Positions 37,504-51,357 of a stretch of DNA of 64,000 nucleotides are shown in pieces. The notes beneath the pieces were generated by a model. It ran no database searches. It saw only the letters and a program-made list of their open reading frames with translations, and was not told the DNA's origin. A program made the translations under genes and the position numbers. Origin of the DNA: Puccinia triticina (Eukaryota); assembly GCA_026914245.1 (NCBI GenBank), contig CP110439.1, forward strand, positions 7,316,001-7,380,000, written 5' to 3'. The number at the start of each line of letters is the position of its first letter. Position 1 is the first letter of the stretch.

Positions 37504-40500
37504 TTTTTATAATACCTTAAAATAGTTTGAACAGCTCACTATGTTGGGTTACCCTCAAGTAACATGTGGTTACCATTGAATTATGTGTACACCATTTTAC
37601 AGGGCCTCATGTCACTTGATAGTAAACCAACATTGGTATGTCATTAAAAAGCATGATTAATTAAATTTTGGATAAAGAAACAATAAATAATCTCTTCTAT
37701 TTTTCTCATCATTGTTGGTTCACTGTCAAATAAGGCTAATTCAAGTAGAGTGAATGAGTCATTCAAAATATAATGTTTGAATTTTTTATAGCTACACAAA
37801 TGAAAATTCATTGCTTTGTAATCTCTCAGCTATTTGTATAACTCCCACACATGGGTTCATATTATTTCTTGTGCTACATATTCATTTTGCCTACAAATCT
37901 ATACCAACAATACATATTCAAAAACTTGAAAAAGGCTGAGGAAACCAAATTTTTGTTAAAAAAGAAAATCATCCGTCTACATTCCCCACTAAATTATTTT
38001 CCAATCCTGACATTGGCCAAGACCACAAATTCCAAATGACAAATGCCAAAAGGCCTCAGGGAATCAGAATCAACCCCTGACATCACGAAGCTATCTCAGT
38101 TCTGTCTCCTGATACTGATCAATATTTCTTCTACATCATCCAATTAGAATGAGCTGTAGCCAGATAGTTATCAGAAACATTGGCCAGATTTGGATCTTGG
38201 GTTTTACACCCTGCTTGTTAGACCATCAACTTTAAGTATCTGCAATGCTGCCATCTCATCCTCAAGTGTTGTCCGCATGATATGCTGCTATCTAATCCTT
38301 AGCTTCATGTTTCTTTGTGATTTGGTATTGCTTTTTTAGGCTACATCCATGTGCTACACTCACTGCATAAACCAACTGGTCGGACAAGACTGCCCAACCA
38401 GTGACCAGTTGTCGGACAGAGTCTGTCCAACGAGGTCTGCAAGCCAGACCTGGAAAATCATGGAACTTGTTGGAAAAAACTCTGTCCAAAAACTGCTTGG
38501 ACAGCCTTTTTCCAGCAGCTGTCCGACTTATTTTGTCTGATGAGTCTGGCAACTTGCTTGGCCTGTGCTGCCAAACTCCCCGGACAAAGTCTGTCCGACA
38601 ACCTGTCGGACAAACTTGTCCAAGCGGATAGCTCATGCAGTGCTACATGTACTAGATTTGGAGTGTCAGGTGTCCAGTGGGGAAGGGGCTGGTGGCGCAG
38701 GAATGTAGTCTGGAGGGGCAGCCGGGATTTCACAGGCGCGCTCCGTGCAGCTTGAGCGGCTCTAAGCCGCCCGCCTATTCGGAGACGAACTTAGTCAGTC
38801 CCTCTTCTGCCTCGCGCGAAGCGCGAGCCTGGAGGGACTTGGGACTAAGCGGCAAATTTTGGTGTGAGTCCTGAGGACCCCATTTTTGATTTTGGCTGGT
38901 GTCAAACTTTGACCCCATGTTACTCAATCATCCTGGGGACCAAATTGGCCGCCCAGGAGCCAAACTGAAGGCCTACACCTTGCCTTCAAGACTACACAGG
39001 CCACCATTTTTTTTCTATAATGGCCTTGAACCAAGAAGGCATGTAACTTCATGACTTCAGGATTCAAGGATTGATCATACACACGTTGTGGTAGACGGAA
39101 AGGTTCCACTACATCAAAAATAAAAAAATTATTTGTCTCCTTTTCTTTACATAGTATTCATCAGGAATCACGGACTTTTGGCACAAGGACGGGACTCCAT
39201 AGGACTAGAAGTTACATTCCAAGCTACATATACACGTCACCTCCCATTACAACCTTGCGTTTACATACACAACCCAGCTGCTGGACAGCTATACATACTC
39301 ATTTACACTGCATAAAGTACCACATTAAATCCTTTGTGTTCTGAACAATCATATTCACTCATTCAGATGTTTGTACCTTCTACATGTCATGTACATTTCC
39401 AACCAACCAGATTCACTCATTCAACTTCTCCTGCAGCTAAAATACCTCATTCAGGGGCTTCCTTGTAGCTAAATTCCCTCACATTTGTCTATATAAGGAG
39501 CTCTCTTCCCCCCTCAGTTGTCTTTTCCTCAGTTCAGTACCCACCTATCACATACCCCACAACATTACATACCATCCAAACCCTTTACACATTATAAAAA
39601 CCCTTAACAATTCAATAACAACTGAACTCACTCTCATATTCTCATATCCCTCACCACATTTCATTACTCACCAATTACAGTCACCCCAACTTTTACATTC
39701 ACAATCTTACATATAATTAACAACCTACATACATAAGGTGTGTAACCGCAATGAGCTTTAGGCCAAATTTCAGCAGATGTTGTTTGTTGCATTGAGGACT
39801 CCTTTCACATGCAGTTGACTAGAAACCATCATGTATTGGATTATTATATTGTATCTGAAAGCAATCATAAAGCATCTAGTGTCTGTTATCATAGCCATGT
39901 TCTTCTTGATGATAACAATTTATTCCGCAAAATTTTGATCATTGTTGTAAAAGTTCACCCAGGTTCGATAGAAGTCTTGTTGATTGAAAATTGAAAGTCC
40001 AGTGTGCATAAGTCATGTGCCATTTGGGCACGGATGGATAGCCATTGATTCCCCATCATTATTGGGCCTCTAAATGCCAAGAATGTGGCCAGCTATGTTA
40101 ATCATCTCAGCTATGTTGGTCATCTTTGTAGCCAATCTGCAAGCAGTGAAATATTTGAACAAAGCAACCCAGCCAATCTGCAAGCAGTGAAATATTTGAA
40201 CAAAGCAACCCCATAGGCAACAAATGTGGGAATAGCCCCACATTACAAGTCAAATGCCATGGTGAGCTTATGTTTGCCATGTTTTTGGGAAGTGTTTTTT
40301 TTTTTCAAATTCCCCCATGGTAAGGTCGCTGAACTGATTGAGTACATGATATCATACAATGTCCTCTACCAAGATCAATTCTGCTCACCATGATGCCTGA
40401 CAACATTGCCCCCACCCCACCACTGAACTTTAACCCTGGTAATATTATTTGCATCATGATACCTGCAATATTGACTGAGATACTTCAAGGGGGGCAGCTG

Positions 40501-40855
40501 TCCAGTCCCAGACCCAAGTTGGCCCTTGGCTCAAGCCCAAGGCCAGGTCTGAGCCTCAATACATCCATAGCCCAAGCCCAATCCCAATCTCAGGGCCAAA
40601 GCCAGGGGCCTAGGCCAAATCCCAAGCCCAGGCCCAACTACAATCTCCAGGCCAGGTGCAGGCCCAAGGGCCCAAGCCCATAGGCCAGGCCCAAGGGTTA
40701 GGGTTAGGGTTACAATAACAAAAATTTATCCAGTGTCATCAACAAGCTCATCTTGAACCAACCAACCCTATCACTTTGTTAAAACTTGCCAAGCTTACCT
40801 TGGTGCGTCTTGTTATCTGATAGTATAGAAGGGCAGAGTTTGCACCTCCATCATC

Positions 40856-41509
40856 TAAGGATTGCCAAGGGAACCCGTGTACCCGCGGCAGGTGCGGGTA
40901 CCGCCACTGTTTTTTAGCAATTCTGGACACCCGCAATCCCACCCGTCACCCGCGGGCGGGTACCGGCCCGTGGGTGTTTTTTGCAAGTACCGCGGGTACT
41001 TGCAGGGAAAAAATGTGCCTTCTTGATGACCAATGTGTGCCGGTCATCAAGCGGGAGGTTTCTTGATGACCTGTGTGGGCCGGTCATTGAGAGGGAGGGT
41101 GCCTTCCCAATGACCGGTGTGTGCTGGTCATCAAGAGGGCTGAGTGAGACTCTCTCGATGAATGGTCTCTGCCGGTCATCAAGAGGGTTGTGCACCTCCT
41201 TGATGACAGATGTGTGCCGATAATCAAGAGTGAGGTGTGCCTTCTCAATGACCGGTGTGTGCCAGTCATTGAGGGGGTTGTGTAGCCTTCTCAATGACCA
41301 GCACCAAACGGTCATCGAGGGCCTCAAGAGGTGCTGCGGCACCTTGATCCAAAATACAGTGGCGGGTGTTGACCACGGGTACCCGGGTACCTGGTTTTTT
41401 TTTGCCAACTTCCAACACCCGCACCGGCACCCGGCACCTGCGGGCGGGTACCCGCCGTAAGGCCGCGGGTGCCGGGTACCGCCAAATGGGTATCACTTGG
41501 CAATCCTTA
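40856..41509. mobile_element. hAT-type MITE (GGGTACC-rich) with internal 40-bp-scale subrepeats
   Basis: TIR TAAGGATTGCCAAG; perfect 8-bp TSD CCATCATC; empty-site-like sequence at about 21160-21220. Confidence 0.9.
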
Positions 41510-42306
41510 CCATCATCCCCTTCTCCATTCAGCAAAAGGTTCTCAGGAACACTTTTGAGTCTTACAGCATACATGTGTGGTAAATACATGAAAGCTGTAT
41601 ACACCACACCAAATTACATAAGTATCAAACTGCAGGACAATGTTGTACCAGAGCTGTATCTAGCACACTTCTGTTTTCAACTCTCCTGGAAGAGTACAGG
41701 GATGTTCATGGAAATAGTTCCTGTACACAAGTAAAAAAGAGAAAACCCACATCCATTGAAGAGAGCTCATTGGTGTTTTTTCAAGGGTGTCCAGGAGCCC
41801 CTTGGGGGATTTGTTGGAGTAAGAGTGAATGAATGCCTGCGGAAGAAGCTAGGCTCCAAGGCCATGTCACTCATGACCCAACCCAAGCAGCTGGGGTTGT
41901 GTAATAAAGGATCTAGTAAAAAATGGGGGTTTGCAAAGGGTGGGGTGAATATAACCAAACTAATTCCGGATTTGGAGAATCTACCTTAGCTATGTATTTG
42001 ATCAGGAGGATCACCCCCAGCCATTGGCCATCCCAATTGGGTGCTTGCCCAGCCAAGCGGGTGCATACACCTCTGTAGATTTTCTTCTTGCCCCCAGGGT
42101 ACATATTCATCCCGGGCAAGCTCCTTGTACCTGCTTGCCGAGGACCTTGGCAAGCAACTTGGTACCCGCTTGTCAGGGAGGGAGTCCCTTCCTTTATCTT
42201 TGCTTGCAAAGGATCTTGGTAAGCAGGTGCAAGGTACTACTTGCTCTGCCAACCAAACGGAGCGGTTACACATTTGCATCCACTCGCCGGGCATGGATTC
42301 TCTTTG

Positions 42307-42521
42307 TAGAGATTGTCATTTGGCACCTGTTGGGGGGTACCTGCCACACTTCAGAACAAGCTCTGCACACTTTTAGCCACCAGCCAAGCAGGTGAAGGGT
42401 CCAGGACTTAACCTTGAGGATTACTGCACCCTCTGCTTGCATTGCTGGTGCCTGGTTGTGTGGATAGCATGGTTTGAAGTGTGACAGGTACCCCCCAACA
42501 GGTGCCAAATGAAAATCTCTA
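42307..42521. mobile_element. hAT-type MITE, near-identical inverted copy of 31997-32211
   Basis: Same TIRs and interior; its own 8-bp TSD TCTCTTTG. Confidence 0.95.
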
Positions 42522-43645
42522 TCTCTTTGGCTTGCTCGGGAGGATTCCTCCTGAGCGTGCACATTTTACTCTCTGGCTTGCCAATATACTTGGCAAGCTG
42601 GAGTGTACCCACTTAGTAAGGCCCAAAGATGACCTTTTGCTTGCCCTGAAAAATTCCCCTTTGGCGAGCGCCTTGTAACTGCTTGCCGAAGTTGTTGGCA
42701 AGCGGGCCCAGTAGGAATCATCTCAGGCAAGTGGTTACATGAACCTACAACTGGGGCTTCTTCTGCTTGCCCGGATGATTCTGAGGAAGATTCCTCCCAG
42801 TCCCCAGCAAGCAGTCAAAAGGTGTATGTACCCGCTTGCCAAAGGAGGCCTACTGCTCGGTGATCTCACATTGTAAGTTCTCACCAATGAGGATATTTCC
42901 AGCAAACAGCTACAGATTTTTTCTGCCTGCTTGATATGTACCTGGCTGTCTCCTGATATATTCTCCTGAGTCCTTGGCGGGAAACCAGCATCTCCTCACC
43001 AGCATGCCGGTGAGGAACCCCACTTGGTTACTTGGCTCTGAGGGCCGGTATATGGGCTCATCTTTCTGACCCAGTAGGTTGTACTTCCAAAAAACATAAT
43101 GCCGCTTTTGGCTGTATGTATTTAAGGATTTTTTTTTTCCTACTTAGCAACCAAATGCAGTTGGCATTTCTTTGGCTACATTCAGGCACGCTTTGCCAAG
43201 CCTTAGGCGCGTCAGGACTCACGCCAAAGCTTGACGCTTGGGGGCAAGCCTCTCTGTGAGACAGAGACCCTGCGGGGCTCTCCTCCAGAGAGGCTTTGTT
43301 AAGCTTGATTCAGAGAAGGGCATCTAAAAGGCGCCTTCCCAGACATCTGGGAGCCCGCCTTTTAGATGTCAGCTCTCCAGTGTCATAGGTGGGGCCCATT
43401 GGCACATTACTTGCCCACAGGCTGCACCTCCTAACAGCCTCAGGTGACCTACCGCAGCACCTTGGCATCTGTCCCCCCCCCAAAAAAAAAATTTGACCAG
43501 GTGACAATTGTTCCTCAGAAGCAACTCAAAAACTCATTTCATTGACTATATATCTACATACACACATACATATATACATACTTATTTAGATTAAAAAATC
43601 CCCCTCAAGTTCAACTCATTTCCCACTTCCTTTTTCCATGTCTTA

Positions 43646-43993
43646 GAGCATCTGCATCGGTTGTGGATTAAGGGGGGATTAGCTTAACTAATCCTCCTCG
43701 GCAACCACATTGAGGGGGATTTAATCGGACTAAACTCCTCCTGGGAGCACAATTTGGAGTAAGCAGGAGTAAATTTACTCCTCGCTAATCCTGGGAGTAA
43801 GCGCTACATGCAGACACTCCTCCGCACCCAAAAGTATGCACCAAACACAGCTTACATAAGCTGTAGGTGCATACAACATACTTACACAGCTTTTTATCCC
43901 ACATAGATGCAATTGCCGGCCAGGATTAGCACTAATCTGGGAGTAAGCGGATCTGTTACTCCTTGAGTTACACCCGCACCGATGTGGATGCTC
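43646..43993. mobile_element. PIF/Harbinger (Tourist-like) MITE
   Basis: GAGCATCTGCATCGGT / ACCGATGTGGATGCTC TIRs; TTA TSD. Confidence 0.9.
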
Positions 43994-45748
43994 TTATATA
44001 GTTACATGCTTGCTTGGCCAGCTCAGCCACTGTCAAAAGGACTTTCTTGGCTGCAGCTGAGTCACTGATGTTCATTTCACCAATAAAAAATGGACAATTA
44101 TTGTTGGATGTCTTTATTTCCACCTGTCACCCCCTAAGAATATCTGCTATTAAGCGGTGTAAAAGCGCACATCAGCAATTCAAAAGCGGAATTCAGCGCT
44201 ATATTCCGTGCTTTTAAAGCGCAAGCGCGCTTTGCTATTGCTATATTTAGCGCTTATGCGCTAGAATTGTTGTGCTGAAAATTGAAAAAAACAAGGCCCC
44301 AAACCATTAAGCACAAGCGCAAGCGGCCCAGCGCTATGAATTAGCGCAGCGAAGCGGGAGCAAATCGTGCTGCGCTGCGCTTTTTGTAGTGCAGTGCTTT
44401 CACCCTTGGAATATGACTCGGGCACTGCGGCAGTTGAAAACTCAAAACCTGAGGCTGAAGGACTAAGGGCCTGTACCATAGGGCATGAAAATTGAAATTT
44501 TCCAAATTTATTTGCCTCAAAATTTCTTGGGACAAAAACTGAGCCTGGCCAAAATGTAGGCTGGAGCCCAAATGTGAAGAATTTCAACATTTGAACCCTC
44601 CCCTAGTTTTCAATTTTCAAGGAGTGTTTTTACACACTCTACTTCAGGATTGAAATCAAGTGCAATGCCAAGCGCAATATTGAGAATCATCTGGCTCTGA
44701 GAAGCTGTCAACAGTGAGTTTCAGGACCTGCAGCAGCCACACCAAGGCCTCGACCACTTCTAGTAGCTGGCTTTCAACTCTAGAGAAAGATGTGGAAGAA
44801 GGGGAGTTCTCCGAGTGATTTTGCTGTCAGTTATCAATTCAGGACCAAAGAGCTCAGTGCAAGAAAGGCTGGTTGGGAAAATTCTGGCATGCAAAACAGT
44901 CTGAGAAGAAAAACTTCAAAAAGAAGTGTTGTGACTAGAAATGGGAAAAAAAGTTGCATTACACAGATGATGGATGGGCATCAACAGAAATACATACCAG
45001 AATAAAGAGAAATGTCAAAACTCCAGCGGATTTTTTTAGAAAAAATGTCTTGAATCTTGATTTGTGTTGAAGAAATTGATGAAAAGGTTATTTGGACGCC
45101 TCTGTAAACTGGTGTTCAATTTCCCCACATGTGAAGTGCCCTAATGTAGATGATCCTTTGCAGAATCTAATGAACGCTGCCAGAATGTACCGCGTAGATA
45201 GCTTTAGCCTGATTGATAGAGTTGGACACCATGAAGCAAAATCATCAATGCATGACTCTTGTTCCTGTTGATTTTAACCAGGTGCATTAGACACATCAAA
45301 GAATCTGCAGCTGACTGGATCACCAATAAGCTTTCTGGATCGTTTCCGGAACCTGTTCAGTTCTGCTACACATATTGTTTCATTTCCGATGTGTTGCTTG
45401 TTTCAGAGAGCGGTTTATAGATCACTCACAGCGTCGAGTTCATTATCAAACGAGTTATGAAACACTTCTGAGAGCTACATACATACAGAATGGTTCTGTG
45501 CTTGATAGCCGACTGGAGATAGATGGATGAGAGAGCCCGTATGGTTATATAGAGATCTCCAGCTTGGATGAGCCCTTCTTTAACTGGGGTTGTCATGGTT
45601 GATGGATATTTGGTGGGTGGTTTGTTGATATTTAATGGGGGGTTCCCCATACCCGGCGTTGAGCCGGCCAGCCGACCAACCAAACAACACACCACCATCC
45701 AACGACCTCCGAATCGCAAGAGCCCAAGAACCCCAGCAAGAAGCAAAG

Positions 45749-46871
45749 ATGAACGTCTCAACGAAGGAGAAGCTGCCCCAGTACTACCATCCCAACCCAA
45801 CAGCGATCAAGACCCGGACGATCTCAAACAGACTACTGCCGACCATCATCCTGTTCTCCGTCCTGCTCTCGCTGCCCATCTTCCTCTTCTTCCACTACAC
45901 CTGGAACCAGCCCCATTCCATCCACCCCACCAACCCCTTCCCGTCAACCAACCCGCTCCCATCCAACAGCTTCCGTCACCCACACGATGCTCACATCGAC
46001 GATGCACTCCCGAAACTCGGCGACCTTATCCCCTCTAAAGATACCCTCAAGGGCGGCACTATCATGCCCAAGATGGCTAACGCTACCGCTAAGTTCCGTC
46101 CCCCTCCCACCTTTTCCCCCCGGCACTCCCAAACTGATCGTCTTTCGGTCTGATCCTCTCTAGAGCCGAATTGGGTCGGGCTACTTGGAAGGTCAGTCAT
46201 CCCCTTCGCTGAAACGTGTCCCAACACCCGAAACATCACATCACGCTCACTATACATGTATCTAAATCCAGTTTATGCACACTATGACAGCACGGTGAGT
46301 GTATCTCTCCATCTCGATAATCAACCTAAAGTCTGACCGCCAACTGGTCTGGTTAGATTCCCTGAAAACCCAACGCCCGATGAACGCGAAGCCTTGAAAG
46401 CCTTCATTTACCTCTTCTCTAGGTCAGTCCATCTCATCTTTCTTCTTCTGCAAATCATCGCTCTCGGCCCCTTCTCACTCTTTCGTTTTTCTACACAGGC
46501 TATATCCCTGCGGAGATTGTGCAAGACATTTCCAAGAGTTGCTTAAACAATATCCCCCACAAGTTGAGTTTTTCCTACACACACATAATCTCCCAGGCTT
46601 GTTCTATTGCATCTGACTCATAAACATGCCCCCGCCGCTTCATCCTCTTGTGATACAAACGAAAAAAAAGACTTCATCAAGAAACGTGGCCTCGTTGCAT
46701 CTGTGTTCCTTGCACAATCTCGTCAACGAACGCCTGGGCAAACCCGAATACAACTGCACCTCGCTCTTGGAAAACTACGATTGTGGCTGCGGCCATGACG
46801 AGAAAGAAGCTGGCAAAAAGCCTAACGAGTCGTTTCTTTCTAATGTCCCTCTGATGACTCCTGCTTTCTAA
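45749..46871 (+). CDS. ERV2: FAD-linked sulfhydryl oxidase Erv2 (Erv/ALR family); 6 exons
   Basis: N-terminal TM anchor; spliced AELGRATWKFMHTMTARFPENPT..LYPCGDCARHF..CSLHNLVNERLGKPEYNC..YDCGCG has the CxxC active site and the C-terminal CGC of Erv2. Confidence 0.95.
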
Positions 46872-48146
46872 AAAAATGTTTTATGTGGCCCTTATTCCCC
46901 CCTATCTTCCCCCCTGATTCCCTGCTTGTGCTCATGTTGTCTGTCAAATGAACGTTTCATGTCGTTTGCCTCTGTTATACATCTAGATAGATATTTTACC
47001 CTTCTCCCCTGACGAGAATATCAACAATTAAGCACTTTTTTTTACCTATTTTTACACATCCATATCCACTTATCTCTTTTGTTGTACTCACACACACTCT
47101 CTCCATTTATGATTTCACAAAAGCATTGTGAGAAATTATCCTTGGTTCCGGGTGATGTAGCACGGAAAACTTCCCTGGGGGAAATGCAACCTTTCTGAAG
47201 TTTCTGGATTCAGCTGAGCATGTTTTCTCTCTTGGCCGGGCCACGATTGCGCCCGCTGGCCAATGTTGCATAGGCCGGTTGATTAAACTGTGGGAACAAG
47301 AGAATTTTAGCAATGGGAACCAAGAGGGGACAGGAAGAATATGAGGCTGTCCTACCTTCCACCATCCTCAAGGGGTTTTGTGATGGTCAATAGCTCCATC
47401 CTTAAACAAAAAACTGGCTTTCAAGTACAGTTGGTACATTATTTAATTATGAGAAAGGGAACTGGATCCTGGAAAATCCCCACTAAATAGTGCCAAGTCT
47501 GTTTTGAGTTGTAGATAGACAACACAGAGCTGTAAAACATGTCCAGCCGGAGGGATTTTGGGGGGAAGGGCTCATCAACTGCTACTGATTGCTCCACTCC
47601 CAATCACTGCAAGAAAAAGTCAAGCAACTTCTAGCATTTGACATGTGGTTTACTGCTGTGAAACTGCTGTTCAGCTCTACCCAAACACACATTCTCAAGA
47701 CTCAGGGCACACCCCAGAGCAAAGGAAACGCAAGGAGCAAAACCCTAACCCCAAGGGGGGACGGTGAGTACGCGCAACCCCGAGGTCCGTGCATATGCAT
47801 GTGACTCCCAGACATTAGGAGTAGGTGATAGCTGAAACTTTGTTCTTCTTCTTTCAGCCACGTCTACACCCAAAGAAGAGCCCAAGCAACCCAAGAGAAT
47901 CACACCACCAAAAAGGTAAGTAGTGCTCCTTCGGATTGTCACAAGCTGAGGAGCGCGCTGCTGATAAAAGATTAAATATCTTACTACAGCAAGCGTAAAC
48001 CCAACACAGTTCCAGCCTCATCAATAGGATCTCCAACTCTACAAGTGGCAAGTCCATTGATGCAGAGCCCTCAAAGCGTTGCTGGTCACTGACTGAGGGT
48101 ACTGTAATTATAGCAGACCACCGCAGTTCTGGCACACTTAGTCTAC

Positions 48147-48550
48147 TAGGGTGGGCAGTTACGTTATCAAGTTATCCATTAATTTTATCTGCAATTTAGA
48201 TTTTGGTGGCCTATATCCTTGTTTATTGGCAATTAAAATAAAACAAAGCTTGATGTGGTCATAATGAATCATTTTTTTGACTTTGGAGACATAGGCTTTA
48301 CCTCTGTAAAAAATTGTCCCTGAAAATAAACCTGAGTTTAGTTATCCAAGCAAATAGTTACGGATAACTGAATTTTTGACCTAGATTCAATAATTAAAAA
48401 GCAGCCAGTGAGCCAATATGTAAATACAATGAATATATGTTAGGAGGACTATCAAGCAACACAAAGATACAATAACAACTCTATTGCACATCTCTACTGC
48501 TTTTTACAGTCAGTAGCAGACAGATTTTCATCTGGATAACTGCCCACCCT
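48147..48550. mobile_element. Degenerate MITE
   Basis: AGGGTGGGCAGTTA / TAACTGCCCACCCT inverted ends; TSD unclear. Confidence 0.55.
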
Positions 48551-48972
48551 CATGACACTTGTATTGGCGGACATTAAAGTACCAAGCCTGAACAAGTATA
48601 AGCAAGAGATAGATTACATCTCCATAGCTTTCTCACCGGAAGTTCAGGTGCTGACCCAAAGTGCAGTTGCTATTCACAGGCAGAAGTCCTCTCTCCACAA
48701 TCCTGCGGTTTAAGCTGCTAAAGCAGTCCTTTCAATTTCATCTCATTCTCATACCAGAGTCTGCCACAGTTCCGCTCTTAGGTACATTTATTGTTTTTCT
48801 TTTTCTATGTCTCTGAACTTGTCAGATAGACCTTAGCTCTAACTACTAGAAATACATCTCTTTAATCTTAGTGTTGTGAAATCTTTTACACATAAGCTTT
48901 TTCTGCACAGTCACTGTGCATTGAAGCTTGGTCAACAGTGAGCCTTGAAAAAGGCTTGTGTAATACCACAAG

Positions 48973-49175
48973 CAATGCTGAAACAAGTACAATACATGGA
49001 GTGTATCTGGTAAACGTTTTTCATTGCAGATACAGACCTACAAGTCCTGTTTTTTGTTTTTAGTCCTGATTATGTATAGGATGGCTGAAAACAAAAAATA
49101 GGACATGTAGGTCTCCATCTTCAATGAAAAATGTTTACCAGATACGCTCCATGTATCGTACTTGTTTCAGCGTTG
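48973..49175. mobile_element. Fold-back MITE with CAAYGCTG ends and 7-bp TSD
   Basis: About 95-bp inverted arms; CCACAAG at 48966-48972 and 49176-49182. Confidence 0.9.
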
Positions 49176-50265
49176 CCACAAGCTTTCTTGGAGTTCTTTC
49201 ATGTCAGCTGCTTGCAGTTGCTTGACTTTTTCTTGCAGTGAACTATGCCTTTTGAAGAAGTGCTACCTGAACTTGGAAGCCCTGCTCAAATCCAGACTCA
49301 CAACAATGAAAATGAAGACCACAGAGGGAATGAAAAAATCAAGGGCCAAGATTTCTCAATCTCTGTCTCCCACACTGCCTATGTCCCCAAGCCACCCAGA
49401 CAAGGAAGCTGTGGTAAAATAATTGAGGTTGCACCATATTGTTGCAAACAACCCAAAGGATTTTTGATTCAAATGCACACTCACTTTGAAAACCTAGACA
49501 AAGTCCAACACAAAATTGATTGAATTTGAAATCAGCCAGAACAAAGTGGATGATTGCAGTGTCTAACAGTGTCACAGGTATATTTACACATTCAAACAAC
49601 ATGATACTCAACACTCCTGGGATATTCAAAGAGTGGAAAGATGGGCTATGACACAGTCCTTGTAATCAGGGATCTCTACCAGCTAGGATTTGGAAGGGAA
49701 GCGGAACTACTTGAGGGGGAATCTTCTTGTTATACTCTTTTTGAAACACCGCGACATGCAAGGGCTTCACAGGAAGAATATGTCATAAGCTATAAACTTT
49801 TTGTCAATGAACTTGTTGTAATATTGCTTCTTGAAGACTACAAATTCCATTTTGGATTTGTTGCTAGCCTTTGCCAAAATGTATCAATTTTTGCTGAGCA
49901 TTGTCAACATAATGCAAGAGCAAGAACTCAAGTGTGGCATCAAACAAAGACTAAAAAAAGATAGCCACCAGCCAGCCAATCAACCAAAACCTCAGATATA
50001 CAGATTCTTAACCATGTGAGAGTAACAAAGATAACCACTAGCCAGCCATTCAACTTTATATCTTGTTTTTTATAGCTCCAATTCTGCCACCCAAATCTCC
50101 TTTCCAAAACATCAGATACAAAAGTTGTTAGATTTTTTAATTCAATCAGAGAAATCAGCTTGCCTGAGTGCTTCCACAAAATGACAGCCAAAAAAATGAA
50201 GTTTGACAATTTAACCAAAGATTTTCTGATAGCATTTAATCAAATTCAATGAGTGACTGTTGAGA

Positions 50266-50800
50266 CTAGAAAACATGACCACTGCCAAAAAATTCTTGAT
50301 AACAAATTTTATCATCCATGACAGCTGAAACATTATGGTAAGGAAATGAAAACTCATGTTCAGTAATTGCTAATCCACAGGTGCCGCAAAGGTGGTTTTT
50401 CAAGACTGAAAAACACATCTCAATTGGGTTAAGGTGTGGACAGTAGTGGGGCATATATATTAGTTTGACCCCTATATTATTTGCAATAATTAGCTTCACT
50501 GAGCAAGAATCAAGACAAGAATAAAATCAAGGCACACCATGCTCATTGAAAATTTGCTGTATGTTACCCCCGGGCCCCATGATGAATTGGAAAGTAGTCA
50601 ATAATCAAAACTAAATTGCTGTCTGGGAATGGGTTCATCCTATGCAGCTAGGATCATATTAAACATCATTATTCAAAAATCTATTTCATTCAAGGCTATA
50701 TGATATACTCACAAGGGTGTGCTTCAGGAATGATTCAAAGTCAGGTGGTTTGAATCATTTTTCTTTGATATCCATACCAAGCACCCCATCTAACAAATTT
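50266..50800 (-). pseudogene. Tc1/IS630-type DDE transposase relic
   Basis: Fragments LDGVLGMD..FESFLKHTL, MNPFPDSNLVLIIDYFPIHH and VKLIYMPHYCPHLNPIEMCFSVLK correspond to the DN..IH and LPPYSPDLNPIE motifs; broken by stops. Confidence 0.8.
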
Positions 50801-51135
50801 TTTGGTGTTTGCAGGGGTTAAACAACCTTGGCAACCAGAAGGAAGCCCTCCTGGTTGCCAAGGTGATATATTCATCCTTCCTGACCAGAAGGGATACCTT
50901 CTGGTTGGAGACATTGTTATTTATTTTTGAACCAGAAGAATCCCTTCTTGTCAAAGATTATACAGCCACACCAACCAGAAGGAATCCCTTCTAGTTGCTG
51001 AGGTGAATGACAAGGTGCCGGTACAGATGTTGGAATTCAGCCAAAAGAGGTGGCGGGTACCTGCCAACAGGTATGGGTGCGGGTGTGGATGTTGGGATTC
51101 AGCCAAGAGAGGCGGCAGGTATTTGAACACAATTA

Positions 51136-51357
51136 GGCCCTGTTTGGCAGCGTCATATTACGCAGCATAATAATAGGAAACATGCTACATTACATATGGT
51201 AAAACATGTCTTTTTAGGATAATCTTTTGAAAGCAAACCCTCATAAGGCTTGGCAGTTTACTTCCAAAAGATCAGGCGGAAAAGTAGTGTCTTACACAAT
51301 GTAGGGGGACATGGCAAGATTATTTATTGCGTAATAATCACGCTGCCAAACAGGGCC
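51136..51357. mobile_element. Tourist-like MITE (partial sister copy at about 51875-52046)
   Basis: GGCCCTGTTTGGCAGCG TIRs; TTA TSD. Confidence 0.9.

Larger units (their letters stand above)
38786..43307. mobile_element. 4.5-kb non-autonomous DNA element with 9-bp TSD and hairpin-forming ends; carries nested insertions
   Basis: TSD ATTCGGAGA/ATTCAGAGA; it splits a repeat that is intact at 28915-29150; subterminal inverted match TTTGGTGTGAGTCCTGA / TCAGGACTCACGCCAAA. Confidence 0.8.

Noticed and set aside
47745..47942. Small secreted peptide with a hydrophobic leader
   Set aside because: No ATG start and no supportable exon structure; at most a gene relic.
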